56,342 nucleotides of DNA. Origin: Candidatus Zambryskiibacteriota bacterium (GTDB lineage: Bacteria > Patescibacteriota > Minisyncoccia > Phycocordibacterales > DATDWN01). Shown here piece by piece: positions 25,965 to 35,338 of this stretch. The stretch covers positions 1-56,342 of the forward strand of contig JAHFOB010000004.1 of assembly GCA_023267045.1 (NCBI GenBank), written 5' to 3'. The position numbers were made by a program, and so were the translations under genes. Numbering within the stretch: position 1 is the stretch's first letter; every line of letters starts with the position of its first letter. A model generated the notes under the pieces. It did no database searches and was not told where the DNA came from. It saw nothing but the letters and a program-made list of their open reading frames with translations.

Positions 25965-26047
25965 CACCCGTCACCGAACGACAGAACCTGTCGGCATCGG
26001 TCGGCGGGTTTTCTGTTTTTATTTACATTTCCCCACACTTCAACTCA

Positions 26048-26557
26048 CTATTGTTCATCATTTGTATTATGTAAAATTTCATCCACCACTTCATTAACTG
26101 GTCTAGTAGCATTAATGATTATTGCTCCTTTTTCTTCAGCATTTTTATATGCTTTAGCATTCCATTCTAACTGCATAGCTAGCTCATCTGGATGTTTACC
26201 AAAATCATTATTTGTTCGGTTTGCAAGTCTATGTTTCAAAGTTTCGTCGTCAATATGAAGTATAAATGTTTTTTTAAAGTATTCAGCAAAGTGTTCAAGA
26301 TTCATTGTTCCACCGCAAAAAAATGTTGGATTATCACTTTTTTTATTTAACTCTAGTAGAGTTTTTTCTTTATCCCATATCCAATTTTTTGCAAAATCCT
26401 TTCTTTCTGTTTTTTCGTCAGGTTCTCCAGTCTTTGGATTGCCGAAATAAGCAAGTTCTTCATCTGCATCAATTGTTTGATAACCTCTTCTTTTCAGTTC
26501 TTTGCAAATAGTTGTTTTACCTGAACCTGACACTCCATCAATATGATAATTATTCAT
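26048..26557 (-). CDS. P-loop NTPase / kinase-like protein
   Basis: Walker A GVSGSGKTT at the N-terminus; 169 aa. Confidence 0.7.
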   Translation of the reverse strand: MNNYHIDGVSGSGKTTICKELKRRGYQTIDADEELAYFGNPKTGEPDEKTERKDFAKNWIWDKEKTLLELNKKSDNPTFFCGGTMNLEHFAEYFKKTFILHIDDETLKHRLANRTNNDFGKHPDELAMQLEWNAKAYKNAEEKGAIIINATRPVNEVVDEILHNTNDEQ

Positions 26558-26561
26558 AATT

Positions 26562-27152
26562 TTATTTTTGGAGTAAAAAATGCAAGTAGTTTTTACTTTT
26601 TACTTGATGTTTTTCAAAATAAATCTTATTAAGATTAAATTCTTTCGCAATATTTTCAACTTCTTCTTTGTTGTAATAAGTAAATAACCTAGGAAAATCT
26701 TCTCCCATACTTTTTCTATCTTCTTCTCCTTCTCCATCAATCAAACCAAGACCAAAAATACCTCCATCCACTAAAACTCTGTTTATTTCCTCAAATGCTT
26801 TTTTAATTTCAGATTTATGAATGTGAAGGAGTGAGGTATATGCCCAAACTCCATTAAAAGTTTTATCTTCAAAAGGAAGACTAAGAAAATTTCCTAAGAC
26901 TGAATTGAAACCTCTTGATTTACTGATTTTAATCATAGATTCCGAGGCATCAAGGCAAGTGATTTCTAAACCAGCATCAGTAAAAATCTTTGCATCTCGT
27001 CCTGAACCACTTCCTATATCTAAAACTTTCCCTTTAACTAATTTAATAAAATCTTGAGGAAAGGTGGACGGAAATCTCTGCCAAAAGTCATCTGTTTCAG
27101 CAGTATATTCATCAGCTTTCTCATTATAAGTTTTTACTGTTTTTTCATCCAT
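26562..27152 (-). CDS. Class I SAM-dependent methyltransferase
   Basis: Motif I VLDIGSGSGRD. The likely start is ATG 27152 (MDEKTVKTYNEKADEY). Confidence 0.8.
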   Translation of the reverse strand: MDEKTVKTYNEKADEYTAETDDFWQRFPSTFPQDFIKLVKGKVLDIGSGSGRDAKIFTDAGLEITCLDASESMIKISKSRGFNSVLGNFLSLPFEDKTFNGVWAYTSLLHIHKSEIKKAFEEINRVLVDGGIFGLGLIDGEGEEDRKSMGEDFPRLFTYYNKEEVENIAKEFNLNKIYFEKHQVKSKNYLHFLLQK

Positions 27153-27382
27153 ATTTTTTTGAGTTGAGGAATTGAAAGTGTTGAAAGTATATAACCAGCT
27201 GTTGGAACTATAGCCTTGAGTAGAAAACTTGGTTCGTTTATATTCCACAACCAGATACTAGCCACAATATAAGTAACAAGTGAAATGAAAAGCTTACGAG
27301 TAAAACTTACTTCCCAAGCTTTATCTAATTCTACTCTTTTGTTTTTTTCGTTTATTTGATTGAGCTGTTCTTGAATTTCCAT
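27134..27382 (-). CDS. Small membrane protein (2 TM), hypothetical
   Basis: 82 aa with two hydrophobic segments. It overlaps the methyltransferase start by 19 nt. Confidence 0.45.
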   Translation of the reverse strand: MEIQEQLNQINEKNKRVELDKAWEVSFTRKLFISLVTYIVASIWLWNINEPSFLLKAIVPTAGYILSTLSIPQLKKIWMKKQ

Positions 27383-27458
27383 TTGTTTAATATTATCAAA
27401 AACAGAAAGTCCTGACGATGAGCCAGAACCTCTGCTTGAGGTGAGACAATCCGTCAGG

Positions 27459-27617
27459 ACTATTTTGCGAACTTGAGAACAACGAAGGCGACGGCAAACA
27501 TTGTTGCACCGCCACCCCAGACTTGTGGACCAGTTGGTGCGCCGTGAAAGAGTGACAGAAGAACCACCGATACTGCTGTCACTCCCAGAGCGAGCCCCAG
27601 AGCCTTTCCAGTTTTCA
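27459..27617 (-). CDS. GC-rich 52-aa membrane peptide (below the ORF-track cutoff)
   Basis: Own translation: MKTGKALGLALGVTAVSVVLLSLFHGAPTGPQVWGGGATMFAVAFVVLKFAK. SD aaagggg lies 6 nt upstream. A long hairpin (27410-27460) follows the stop. Confidence 0.4.
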
Positions 27618-27694
27618 TTGTTAACCCCTTTCTTGAGGTTCTACTGCCTATGCAGAAGACTACAATAATTGTTTATAAAAGTAAAATATTTTTG

Positions 27695-27765
27695 TGCGGG
27701 ATGCCGGAATCGGACCGGCGCGTGCTGCTTGGAAGGCAACCGTTCTACCACTAAACCAATCCCGC
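27695..27765 (-). tRNA. tRNA-Gly (anticodon UCC)
   Basis: Hand-folded cloverleaf: acceptor GCGGGAT/ATCCCGC, anticodon loop CTTCCAA, T-arm GCCGG-TCCGATT-CCGGC. Confidence 0.9.
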
Positions 27766-27840
27766 AATACAAGCCATGTTATCAGAAAAAATGACCTGGA
27801 GCAATTAATATTTTAGACTTTGTGATGATATAATCGTGGC

Positions 27841-28944
27841 ATGTGGCTCAAAACCATTTTCTCTTTCATAGTGGCACATTTATTTTTATTTGGTACAACA
27901 AGTCCAAAAGTTTCTACAATACCAGTATCGACTTCAAGCACACCAATCGTCTCCGCGATTGCTACAACAAGCACAAAAATAGCAACGTCCACTCCATTAA
28001 AAACAAAAATAGTTGCTAAAATTGCAGTAAAACCTGTCTCAAAAACTATAGAAACAAATCAATCAACATCGACACCAAACACATATGTAGAACCCACTTA
28101 TGATTTTGAACTGATAAACACGTTCGCTAGAAAAGCCATCGTCAATATTCTCTGTACTGCAAAAGGCGGTGAACTCTCCCCTATTTCAGGTACTGGAATA
28201 ATCATAAATCCAAACGGTCTCATCCTAACAAACGCGCACATCGCGGAGTATTTTCTTTTGCGTGATTTTCGACAAAAAGATTTCCTAGAATGTGTTATTC
28301 GTACAGGCAGTCCAGCTTATCCAAAATATAATGCTGAAATAGTTTATATTTCCCCAACTTGGGTAGAAGACAATAAATCTCTATTGAAAGAAGCTGTGCA
28401 GAAAGGTACGGGAGAAAATGATTTTGCTTTTTTGAGAATCGTGAGCGCTATAAACGGATCAGACCTGCCTCAGACTTTTTCTTACATTCCGATGAATGTC
28501 AGTGAAATCATAAACAAAAATGAACCTGTATTGCTCGCTTCTTATGCCGCTGGATTTCTGGGTGGACTTTCAATTTTACAAAACTTAAGCATCGCTACGG
28601 CTGTAACAAATGTTCAGGATTACTTCACATTTAAGCAAAGTACTATTGATTTGCTATCTGTGGGCGGAACAATTGTCTCTCAAAAAGGTTCATCCGGTGG
28701 TGCAGTGGTAGATAGCGGAGCGACAGTTATTGGCATGATTTCAACAAGTTCTGACGGAAACACAACGAGCAACAGAGAATTAAATGCTATTACTTCGGCA
28801 TATATAAACAGAAGTTTGCAAAACGAACTTGGCATGACACTCTTGGAATTTGAAAATCAGGATATTGCCAAATTTGCAAAAAAATTTCAGGAAATAAATG
28901 TACCGAACCTGACAAAACTTATCACTGACGAACTAAGCAAATAA
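27841..28944 (+). CDS. Secreted trypsin-like serine protease
   Basis: His (LTNAHIAEY), Asp (NDFAFLRI) and Ser (QKGSSGGAVVD) triad contexts, plus an N-terminal hydrophobic anchor. Confidence 0.8.
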   Translation: MWLKTIFSFIVAHLFLFGTTSPKVSTIPVSTSSTPIVSAIATTSTKIATSTPLKTKIVAKIAVKPVSKTIETNQSTSTPNTYVEPTYDFELINTFARKAIVNILCTAKGGELSPISGTGIIINPNGLILTNAHIAEYFLLRDFRQKDFLECVIRTGSPAYPKYNAEIVYISPTWVEDNKSLLKEAVQKGTGENDFAFLRIVSAINGSDLPQTFSYIPMNVSEIINKNEPVLLASYAAGFLGGLSILQNLSIATAVTNVQDYFTFKQSTIDLLSVGGTIVSQKGSSGGAVVDSGATVIGMISTSSDGNTTSNRELNAITSAYINRSLQNELGMTLLEFENQDIAKFAKKFQEINVPNLTKLITDELSK

Positions 28945-28974
28945 TATTTTACTACAATATACTGTAGTAAAATA

Positions 28975-29280
28975 TTATTTAGAATTCTCAGCAGAGACTT
29001 GGATTAACATTTGAAAATTGTCATCAGAAACCGCTTTATTTGGTTTTTCAAAACCACACTTCACGCATTTGTGAGTAATAATATATTCCTCGCCTTTTTT
29101 CTTTACACCAATCGGTTCCATCATTCCCCCACAGGTATTTAGTCTATCGCCTGGTGAAATATCAACATGCTTTGACCACAAACATTCTGGACAATGGTTC
29201 GTATACCCATTCCCAACCACAATAAAACCGCACCTCTCACACTTAAAGTTCTCGACATTTTTTATAAATTTACTAGACAT
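28975..29280 (-). CDS. RNHCP-domain zinc-ribbon protein
   Basis: FKCERCGF...GYTNHCPECLWSKHVD. Confidence 0.75.
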   Translation of the reverse strand: MSSKFIKNVENFKCERCGFIVVGNGYTNHCPECLWSKHVDISPGDRLNTCGGMMEPIGVKKKGEEYIITHKCVKCGFEKPNKAVSDDNFQMLIQVSAENSK

Positions 29281-29292
29281 AACACTTTCTTG

Positions 29293-29323
29293 CCCCGTAG
29301 TGAGCTATGCTCTACTACCAGGG
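29293..29323. repeat. Family 2 palindromic element (31-nt short form)
   Basis: ccccgtagtgagctatgctctactaccaggg. Confidence 0.8.
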
Positions 29324-29363
29324 TTACAGACAAAATTTTCTGTTGTTTTAGTGAAAGGCATAT

Positions 29364-29996
29364 TTAAAATTCTTTTTCATCACCTTCTAGCATTACAACA
29401 AACTCAATACCTTGTGGGGACAACAATTTCAAAGGAAGATTATGTGCTGTACCAAATCGTGTTCCATCATGTACAGGAAAAGCTTTTTTTGGTTTAAGTA
29501 ACAAAGCATAATCGATTGCTTCACTTATTTTCATCCAAGGTCCAGAAACTGGAAGTGCTAAAATTTCTACACTTCTCTGAGGATCAGTGAAACTATCACC
29601 CGGATACCACAATTTACCATCTATAAAAAATCCTGTATTTGAAGAAACCGGAATAGAACTGTGCATCATGGCGTGTTTTTCGCCTATTCCCACTATTGAA
29701 ACCCCACCAAGCGAAACTGTGTCTTGATTATTAATAACTGTATGTTTTATATCTTCGTCATTCAAAAGTTCTCCGACAGATGTATTTGTAAATATTTCTA
29801 CTTTAGGATTGTTTTTTAAAATAGTTTTAAGTGACTCTATATGAAAATGATCCTGATGCTCGTGAGTAAAAAGAATATAATTTAGGCCTGTAAGCTTACT
29901 GTGTTCCTCTACTGTGTAACTGCCAGGATCAGTTAAGATAACTTTGCTACCAACTTCTATCCTCAAACAACAATGCCCAAGTTTTTTTATTTTCAT
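29364..29996 (-). CDS. MBL-fold metallo-hydrolase
   Basis: THEHQDH motif; 210 aa. Confidence 0.85.
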   Translation of the reverse strand: MKIKKLGHCCLRIEVGSKVILTDPGSYTVEEHSKLTGLNYILFTHEHQDHFHIESLKTILKNNPKVEIFTNTSVGELLNDEDIKHTVINNQDTVSLGGVSIVGIGEKHAMMHSSIPVSSNTGFFIDGKLWYPGDSFTDPQRSVEILALPVSGPWMKISEAIDYALLLKPKKAFPVHDGTRFGTAHNLPLKLLSPQGIEFVVMLEGDEKEF

Positions 29997-29998
29997 AA

Positions 29999-30502
29999 TT
30001 AATATTTGTTAGAAATTTCCAATATTTTTTCTAAAACAATAGGAACTTTTGTTACACCGTCAGATTTATTGAAATGACCTTTACCTTTTTGAATAATAAC
30101 TTCTGCTCCAAGTTTTTTCTCAAAAACATCTGCGTTTGAAATATCAACTACTTCATCATTGTCAGATAAAATTACCACAAATTTTGCTTTTGTTTTAATT
30201 TTATCAAAATTAATTGGAGTTTCCTCCCAAGGTTTTGCGATTATTTCTTCCTCTTTTGTTTCTAAATATCGCAAAATAGTCTGGCATCCAATACTGTGAC
30301 CAACTAAATATGTTTGCTCATCTAAAGTTCCTATCTGTCTCGACAAATATGACACCCACTCTTCAAGGATTGGGGTCTCGGTATTTGGCATATCTGGAAC
30401 ATACACATCAAATCCTTTATTTTTTAATTCTTTTTTAAGCCATGGAAACCAATCCTCGTTTGAATTAGCGCCCCATCCATGAATAATATAAACTTTTTTC
30501 AT
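29999..30502 (-). CDS. Alpha/beta hydrolase (YdeN/RBBP9-like serine hydrolase)
   Basis: Nucleophile elbow GHSIG; 167 aa. Confidence 0.75.
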   Translation of the reverse strand: MKKVYIIHGWGANSNEDWFPWLKKELKNKGFDVYVPDMPNTETPILEEWVSYLSRQIGTLDEQTYLVGHSIGCQTILRYLETKEEEIIAKPWEETPINFDKIKTKAKFVVILSDNDEVVDISNADVFEKKLGAEVIIQKGKGHFNKSDGVTKVPIVLEKILEISNKY

Positions 30503-30633
30503 AAATTTATTTATTAAAATTTGTCGGGGTCACTGTCCTGGGAAACCCACGGTTTTCCCAATCCTTCCTCCACGGGAAACTCCCGTTTCCCGACCCCTTC
30601 CCACTCGGCACCTCGAAAAGACCTGCGGTCTTG

Positions 30634-30704
30634 TCGGGGTGCCGAGGATCGAACTCGGGCCTCATGATCCCAAATCATGAATACTACCGCTATACTACAC
30701 CCCG
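30634..30704 (-). tRNA. tRNA-Pro (anticodon UGG)
   Basis: Acceptor CGGGGTG/CACCCCG, anticodon stem CATGA/TCATG with loop TTTGGGA, T-arm CCGAG-TTCGATC-CTCGG. Confidence 0.9.
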
Positions 30705-30913
30705 TATATATTTTTCAAATAATTACCTATTTTCTGTATGCTTATTACGTTCTATACTCCTCCTTACAGGAGCTGTACACCTTTTCTGTTTTTTATTTCA
30801 CTACATTCATAAAAAACCATCAAAGGTCTTGCGAAGTGATAACATCACTTCTCACCCCGAAATAACAAAATAACTCTAACACAAAAAGATTAAAAACGAA
30901 ATTATAAATTTTC

Positions 30914-31459
30914 TTATAGGACAATATCCTCTAGTAGAAAAACTCTCGATAGTCTTTTATTCATATCAATATAAACAGTTGCAAGGTCAAATTGCCAATC
31001 AATGTCATCGGAAATGTCTTTTTCCAGTAAATACGACTGAACTGCACGACCTAGCCTCTTTAACTTCCAAGGATGCATATTATCTTCCGCTCTGTATGAG
31101 TCATTATTCTGGCGCATTTCTTTGTTGGAAGGCAAAATATTCTCGTCACCGTACTCTTGTACGCCTCCTCGCTTATTTTCCCTTCCGCCTCGAACTGCAT
31201 CCAGAATCATGCCTCCTATCCCCCTAGATGTTTCACGAATAACACTATCACTCAAATCCCTTGAAACACTTTTTACTTCCACAAAATGAATCATTTTGCC
31301 TTTCTTAGCCACAATATCTATCTCTCCCCACTTTCGTAAATAGTTTCTATCTATCACCTTGTATCCGTTTTTCTCTAGATACTGGCAAACAGCATCCTCC
31401 CCTATTTGGCCAATTTTTTGCTTTTCTGTAGGTTCTTTTGAAAATTTCTTACCAAACAT
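30914..31459 (-). CDS. yraN: YraN-family (UPF0102) endonuclease with an internal insertion
   Basis: GEDAVCQYLEKNGYKVIDRNY..GEIDIVAKK...HFVEVKS, and a C-terminal FDLATVY. Confidence 0.8.
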   Translation of the reverse strand: MFGKKFSKEPTEKQKIGQIGEDAVCQYLEKNGYKVIDRNYLRKWGEIDIVAKKGKMIHFVEVKSVSRDLSDSVIRETSRGIGGMILDAVRGGRENKRGGVQEYGDENILPSNKEMRQNNDSYRAEDNMHPWKLKRLGRAVQSYLLEKDISDDIDWQFDLATVYIDMNKRLSRVFLLEDIVL

Positions 31460-31761
31460 GTTCAGATTATACCACCAAGTTTGACTTTGTTACATGTGTA
31501 ACCCTTTATCAAGTTGTAAATGTTACACATGTAACCTATTTATTCATTTCACGTGAAACGTTTTAGACTTTCCATCAAAAACAGACATCCGAGAGACATG
31601 TCTCATTATAAAAAGTCATAATATAAGCCATATTTTTAATACAGACAGAATAAAGTCTCTAAACTTGACGAAAGTCAAAGACCTGTCCTTAATACACATG
31701 TCCACTGACTTATCCACAGTTTTATATTTTATACTACTTTACTCTTGTTATTATTATAATA

Positions 31762-32436
31762 ATGATAATACCCGAGTTAAGACAAAAGGCTTTAGATCTA
31801 AGAAGAAAAGGACATAGTTATAATGTTATCTCAAGAGAGACTGGCATTTCAAAGGGAACCCTTTCCTATATTTACAACAGAGTTAACCTACCTGAAGAAA
31901 TTCTATTAAACAATAAGAAAAGAAACAGGGAAGAATCTGGAAAAAGAATAATGATTGTAAATGCTGTAAGAAAAGCTGTACTAGAAAATAAATACCATCA
32001 AATTGAGCATGAAGCTGAAAAAACCTTTCAAATTTATAAAAATGATACTATTTTTATTGCATCTTTAATGCTTTATTTGGGTGAAGGAGACAAATCAGAT
32101 ATAGGACACAGCTTAAGAATATCCAATACTGATCCGTATGTTCTAAAGATTTTTATAGAGTTTGTAAAAAAATATTGTCATATTCCAAGGGAAAACATTA
32201 AATTTTGGATGTTGGGTTACAAAGATCTTGATATAGATAAATGTATCTCTTGGTGGAAAAAAGAGTTAGATCTGAAAGAAACCAATATGTATAAAACACA
32301 AATAATCACAGGTAAACATAAATCAAAAAGATTGCTTTATGGGGTAGGAAATATTACAATACTAGGCGGAAAAACAATAAAAGTTGGGGTTTTAAGGTGG
32401 ATCAAGCTAATGTGTGAATACTTAACGCGACCATAA
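31762..32436 (+). CDS. HTH protein with a possible single-motif LAGLIDADG-like endonuclease core
   Basis: N-terminal HTH (GHSYNVISRETGISKGTLSYI). The segment LMLYLGEGDKSD...ISNTDPYVLKIFIEFV resembles a LAGLIDADG core. The stop lies 10 nt inside tRNA-Gly(GCC). Confidence 0.4.
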   Translation: MIIPELRQKALDLRRKGHSYNVISRETGISKGTLSYIYNRVNLPEEILLNNKKRNREESGKRIMIVNAVRKAVLENKYHQIEHEAEKTFQIYKNDTIFIASLMLYLGEGDKSDIGHSLRISNTDPYVLKIFIEFVKKYCHIPRENIKFWMLGYKDLDIDKCISWWKKELDLKETNMYKTQIITGKHKSKRLLYGVGNITILGGKTIKVGVLRWIKLMCEYLTRP

Positions 32437-32497
32437 TTTAGTGGTAAAATACGTCTTTGCCAAAGACGAAATTCGGGTTCGATTCCCGATGGTCGCA
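32427..32497 (+). tRNA. tRNA-Gly (anticodon GCC)
   Basis: Acceptor GCGACCA/TGGTCGC, D-arm ATTT/AAAT, anticodon stem CGTCT/AGACG with loop TTGCCAA, T-arm TCGGG-TTCGATT-CCCGA. Confidence 0.9.
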
Positions 32498-32522
32498 CAA
32501 AATTGTGTTATAATCTCTTTAT

Positions 32523-32594
32523 GCTCCCGTAGCTTAATGGATAAAGTAGCGATCTTCGGAATCGCTGATGTGGGTTCGATTCCTGCCGGGAGCA
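32523..32594 (+). tRNA. tRNA-Arg (anticodon UCG)
   Basis: Acceptor GCTCCCG/CGGGAGC, anticodon stem GCGAT/ATCGC with loop CTTCGGA. A TATAAT box sits 8 nt upstream. Confidence 0.85.
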
Positions 32595-32603
32595 CATAAT
32601 GAA

Positions 32604-34112
32604 ATGAAATCTTTCTCTATACCAAAAGAGGTGATTGACGTCACAGAAAAGCTGGAAAAAGCAGGCTTTGAGGCTTTTGTCGTGGGCGGATGTGTTAGAG
32701 ATTTGATACTCGGTAGGGAACCAAGAGATTGGGACGTTACAACAAACGCTACACCAGACGAGATTATAGCCTTATTTACAAAGACTTTTTACGAAAACAC
32801 CTTTGGAACAGTTGGGGTAGTCGTAGGCGATGAAGCCGGAGATCCTGAGACAGTAGTCGAAGGAGATAGGGAGTTGCCTAAAAGTTTGAAAATAATAGAA
32901 GTTACTCCATATAGACTAGAAGGGGACTATTCAGACAATAGACATCCAGATAGTGTCAGTTTTAGCCAAAAAATAGAAGATGATCTGAAAAGGCGTGACT
33001 TTACTGTGAACTCTTTGGCATATTCTATATCAAAAAAAGAGGTGATTGACCTTTATGAAGGCCAAAAAAATCTAAAGGACAAAATCATTCGCACAGTAGA
33101 GGATCCGGTCAAACGTTTCACTGAAGATGGTCTGCGAATGTTGCGCGCAATCAGGTTTTCTGCTGAACTTGGCTTTGAAATTGAACCACTGACAGAAAAA
33201 GCTATATCTGACAACTCTGATCTTTTGAAAAACATCTCTCTAGAGCGTATTCGTGATGAGTTTAGCAAGATGATTATGTCTCCAAACCCTATGAAGGCCT
33301 TACTTTCTCTAAGAAAACTAGGTCTGCTCTCGTATGTCATACCTGAACTTGAAAAAACTGTTGGTGTAGAGCAGGGGGGAGCTCACTCATACGATGTCTG
33401 GGAGCATTTACTTCGTTCTGTCCAAGGTGCAGCTGACAAAAATTACCCCCTTGAGCTCCGTTTAAGCGCTCTATTTCATGATATTTCTAAACCAGAGTCC
33501 CGAAGAAAGGGGATGGGAAACAAAGAGTGGTCTTTCTATGGCCATGAAGTTATTGGTGCACGTGTAACCAAGAAAATATTAGAAAATCTTAAATATTCAA
33601 ATAAAGTAATAGAAAAAGTAGTCAAAATGATTCGTTGGCACATGTTCTTTTCTGACACCGAGCAAATTACGCTCTCAGCGGTCCGTAGAATGATCGTAAA
33701 TGTCGGACAAGAGAATATATGGGATCTCATGAATCTACGCATCTGCGACCGTATAGGGACTGGTAGACCTAAAGAAGACCCGTATCGTCTCCGCAAATAT
33801 CATTCAATGATAGAAGAGGCACTTCGCGACCCAGTTTCTGTTGGAATGTTAAAAATTGATGGTAAAAAAATAATGGAAGTTACTGAAATACAGCCTGGAC
33901 CAAAGATTGGTTTCACATTACACGCACTCTTAGAAGAAGTTTTGGATGATCCGAGAAAAAATACCCCTGAATATCTTGAAAATAAGGCTAAGGAGCTGGT
34001 TAATCTGCCAGAAAATGAATTGAAAGCACTCGGAGAGAGTGGAAAACAAACTAAGGAGGAGGTGGATGAAGAAGAAATCAAAAAAATACGCTCAAGCCAT
34101 TGGGTAAAATAG
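32604..34112 (+). CDS. cca: CCA-adding enzyme / poly(A) polymerase-family tRNA nucleotidyltransferase with an HD domain
   Basis: GGCVRDLILGREPRDWDV, RRDFTVN and an HD region (LFHDISKP). The track start at 32568 lies inside tRNA-Arg, so ATG 32604 is preferred. Confidence 0.85.
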   Translation: MKSFSIPKEVIDVTEKLEKAGFEAFVVGGCVRDLILGREPRDWDVTTNATPDEIIALFTKTFYENTFGTVGVVVGDEAGDPETVVEGDRELPKSLKIIEVTPYRLEGDYSDNRHPDSVSFSQKIEDDLKRRDFTVNSLAYSISKKEVIDLYEGQKNLKDKIIRTVEDPVKRFTEDGLRMLRAIRFSAELGFEIEPLTEKAISDNSDLLKNISLERIRDEFSKMIMSPNPMKALLSLRKLGLLSYVIPELEKTVGVEQGGAHSYDVWEHLLRSVQGAADKNYPLELRLSALFHDISKPESRRKGMGNKEWSFYGHEVIGARVTKKILENLKYSNKVIEKVVKMIRWHMFFSDTEQITLSAVRRMIVNVGQENIWDLMNLRICDRIGTGRPKEDPYRLRKYHSMIEEALRDPVSVGMLKIDGKKIMEVTEIQPGPKIGFTLHALLEEVLDDPRKNTPEYLENKAKELVNLPENELKALGESGKQTKEEVDEEEIKKIRSSHWVK

Positions 34113-34526
34113 GAACTTACACTTCGCCTTACCTCAGTGTTCTCAATTTTTGATCCACAGATTACTGTGGCAAAAATTGGAATAAAAAAACAGCCCGGAC
34201 ATAGCTATCTTACGACGGCGAGTCAACGGACTGTTGGGGAGAAGAACATCCCAGCAAGGGATAGAGCGGGCATGCAATATCCTAAAACACAAATAAATAG
34301 TAGATAAGTGGTGATATTTTGATCGCCCACAATATCCTAACCAAAATGTCTTCTAAGAGGAGGGCCGGCCGACCCTCATAAGTACAGGCCTCAAAGAACA
34401 ATTTGCAAATTTCTTACCCAACACGGGGTTTATCGTATCGGACATTCTAATTGCGTCTGAAATTATTCTATGTCTTTTATAAAATTATGTAAAGGACATT
34501 TATTACAAAACTGTGGATAAGTGACA

Positions 34527-35327
34527 CTATAAGTCAATATCTAGAGTAATAGGGCAGTGATCAGAACCGTAAACTCCAGGCATAATTTTTGCTGATTTTA
34601 CTTTTTCTTTTAGTTTTTTGCTTACAAAAATATAATCTATTCTCCATCCAATGTTTCTGTCTCGTGCTGCAGCGAAATGGCTCCACCATGTGTAGTGACC
34701 ATTACCTTTTGTAAATAATCTGAATGTATCGATAAAACCTGCGTCGATATATTTTTGTAAACCTTCTCGTTCTTCCGTAGTAAAACCTTTTTTACCTACA
34801 TTTTCCTTTGGTCGAGCAAGATCGTCTGGGGTATGAGCGACATTTAGATCTCCACCAAAAATAACAGGCTTTGTTTTCTCTAGATCTTTCATGTATTCCA
34901 AAAAAGCCGGGTCCCAGTTCTTGTGACGAAGGGGAATGCGAGTTAAATCATCTTTTGCGTTGGGAGTGTAGACAGAGACTACATAGAACGTCTCGAATTC
35001 AAGAGCAATAATACGGCCTTCGGTCAGGGGATCGCCATATTTGTCGGCAAATTTGTATTTTTTGCAAATCTTGTCAGGAAAACCGAGTAAAACTTTTTCC
35101 GGTTTATGTTTGGTAAAAATAGCCACTCCACTGTAACCAGCTTTTTCTGCTGAATTCCAGTATTCCTCATAGTCAGGCAAATCAACCTCACTTTGATCTT
35201 GCTTCGCCTTCGTCTCCTGCAAAAAGAGAATATCTGGCTTGTATTTATCCACAAAAGGCACAAAAAGCCCTTTTTTGTGAACTGCACGGATACCGTTTAC
35301 ATTCCAAGACATAATTTTCATATTCAA
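34527..35327 (-). CDS. xth: Exodeoxyribonuclease III
   Basis: SWNVNGIRA, LQETK and SDHCPI. The true start may be one of the ATGs at 35321 or 35312. Confidence 0.92.
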   Translation of the reverse strand: MNMKIMSWNVNGIRAVHKKGLFVPFVDKYKPDILFLQETKAKQDQSEVDLPDYEEYWNSAEKAGYSGVAIFTKHKPEKVLLGFPDKICKKYKFADKYGDPLTEGRIIALEFETFYVVSVYTPNAKDDLTRIPLRHKNWDPAFLEYMKDLEKTKPVIFGGDLNVAHTPDDLARPKENVGKKGFTTEEREGLQKYIDAGFIDTFRLFTKGNGHYTWWSHFAAARDRNIGWRIDYIFVSKKLKEKVKSAKIMPGVYGSDHCPITLDIDL

Positions 35328-35338
35328 AGTGTAACAGT

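Noticed and set aside
27410-27460. gaaagtcc motif at about 27405 as a possible RNase P P4 segment
   Set aside because: It is the 5' arm of a simple long hairpin (gtcctgacg...cgtcaggac) that serves as the terminator of the 52-aa peptide gene. No other RNase P elements are nearby.
31710-31718. Perfect DnaA-box 9-mers TTATCCACA (31710-31718) and TGTGGATAA (34512-34520), as a possible replication origin
   Set aside because: There are only two boxes, 2.8 kb apart, with no cluster, no adjacent dnaA/dnaN and no AT-rich unwinding repeats. About this many matches are expected by chance in 56 kb of AT-rich DNA.
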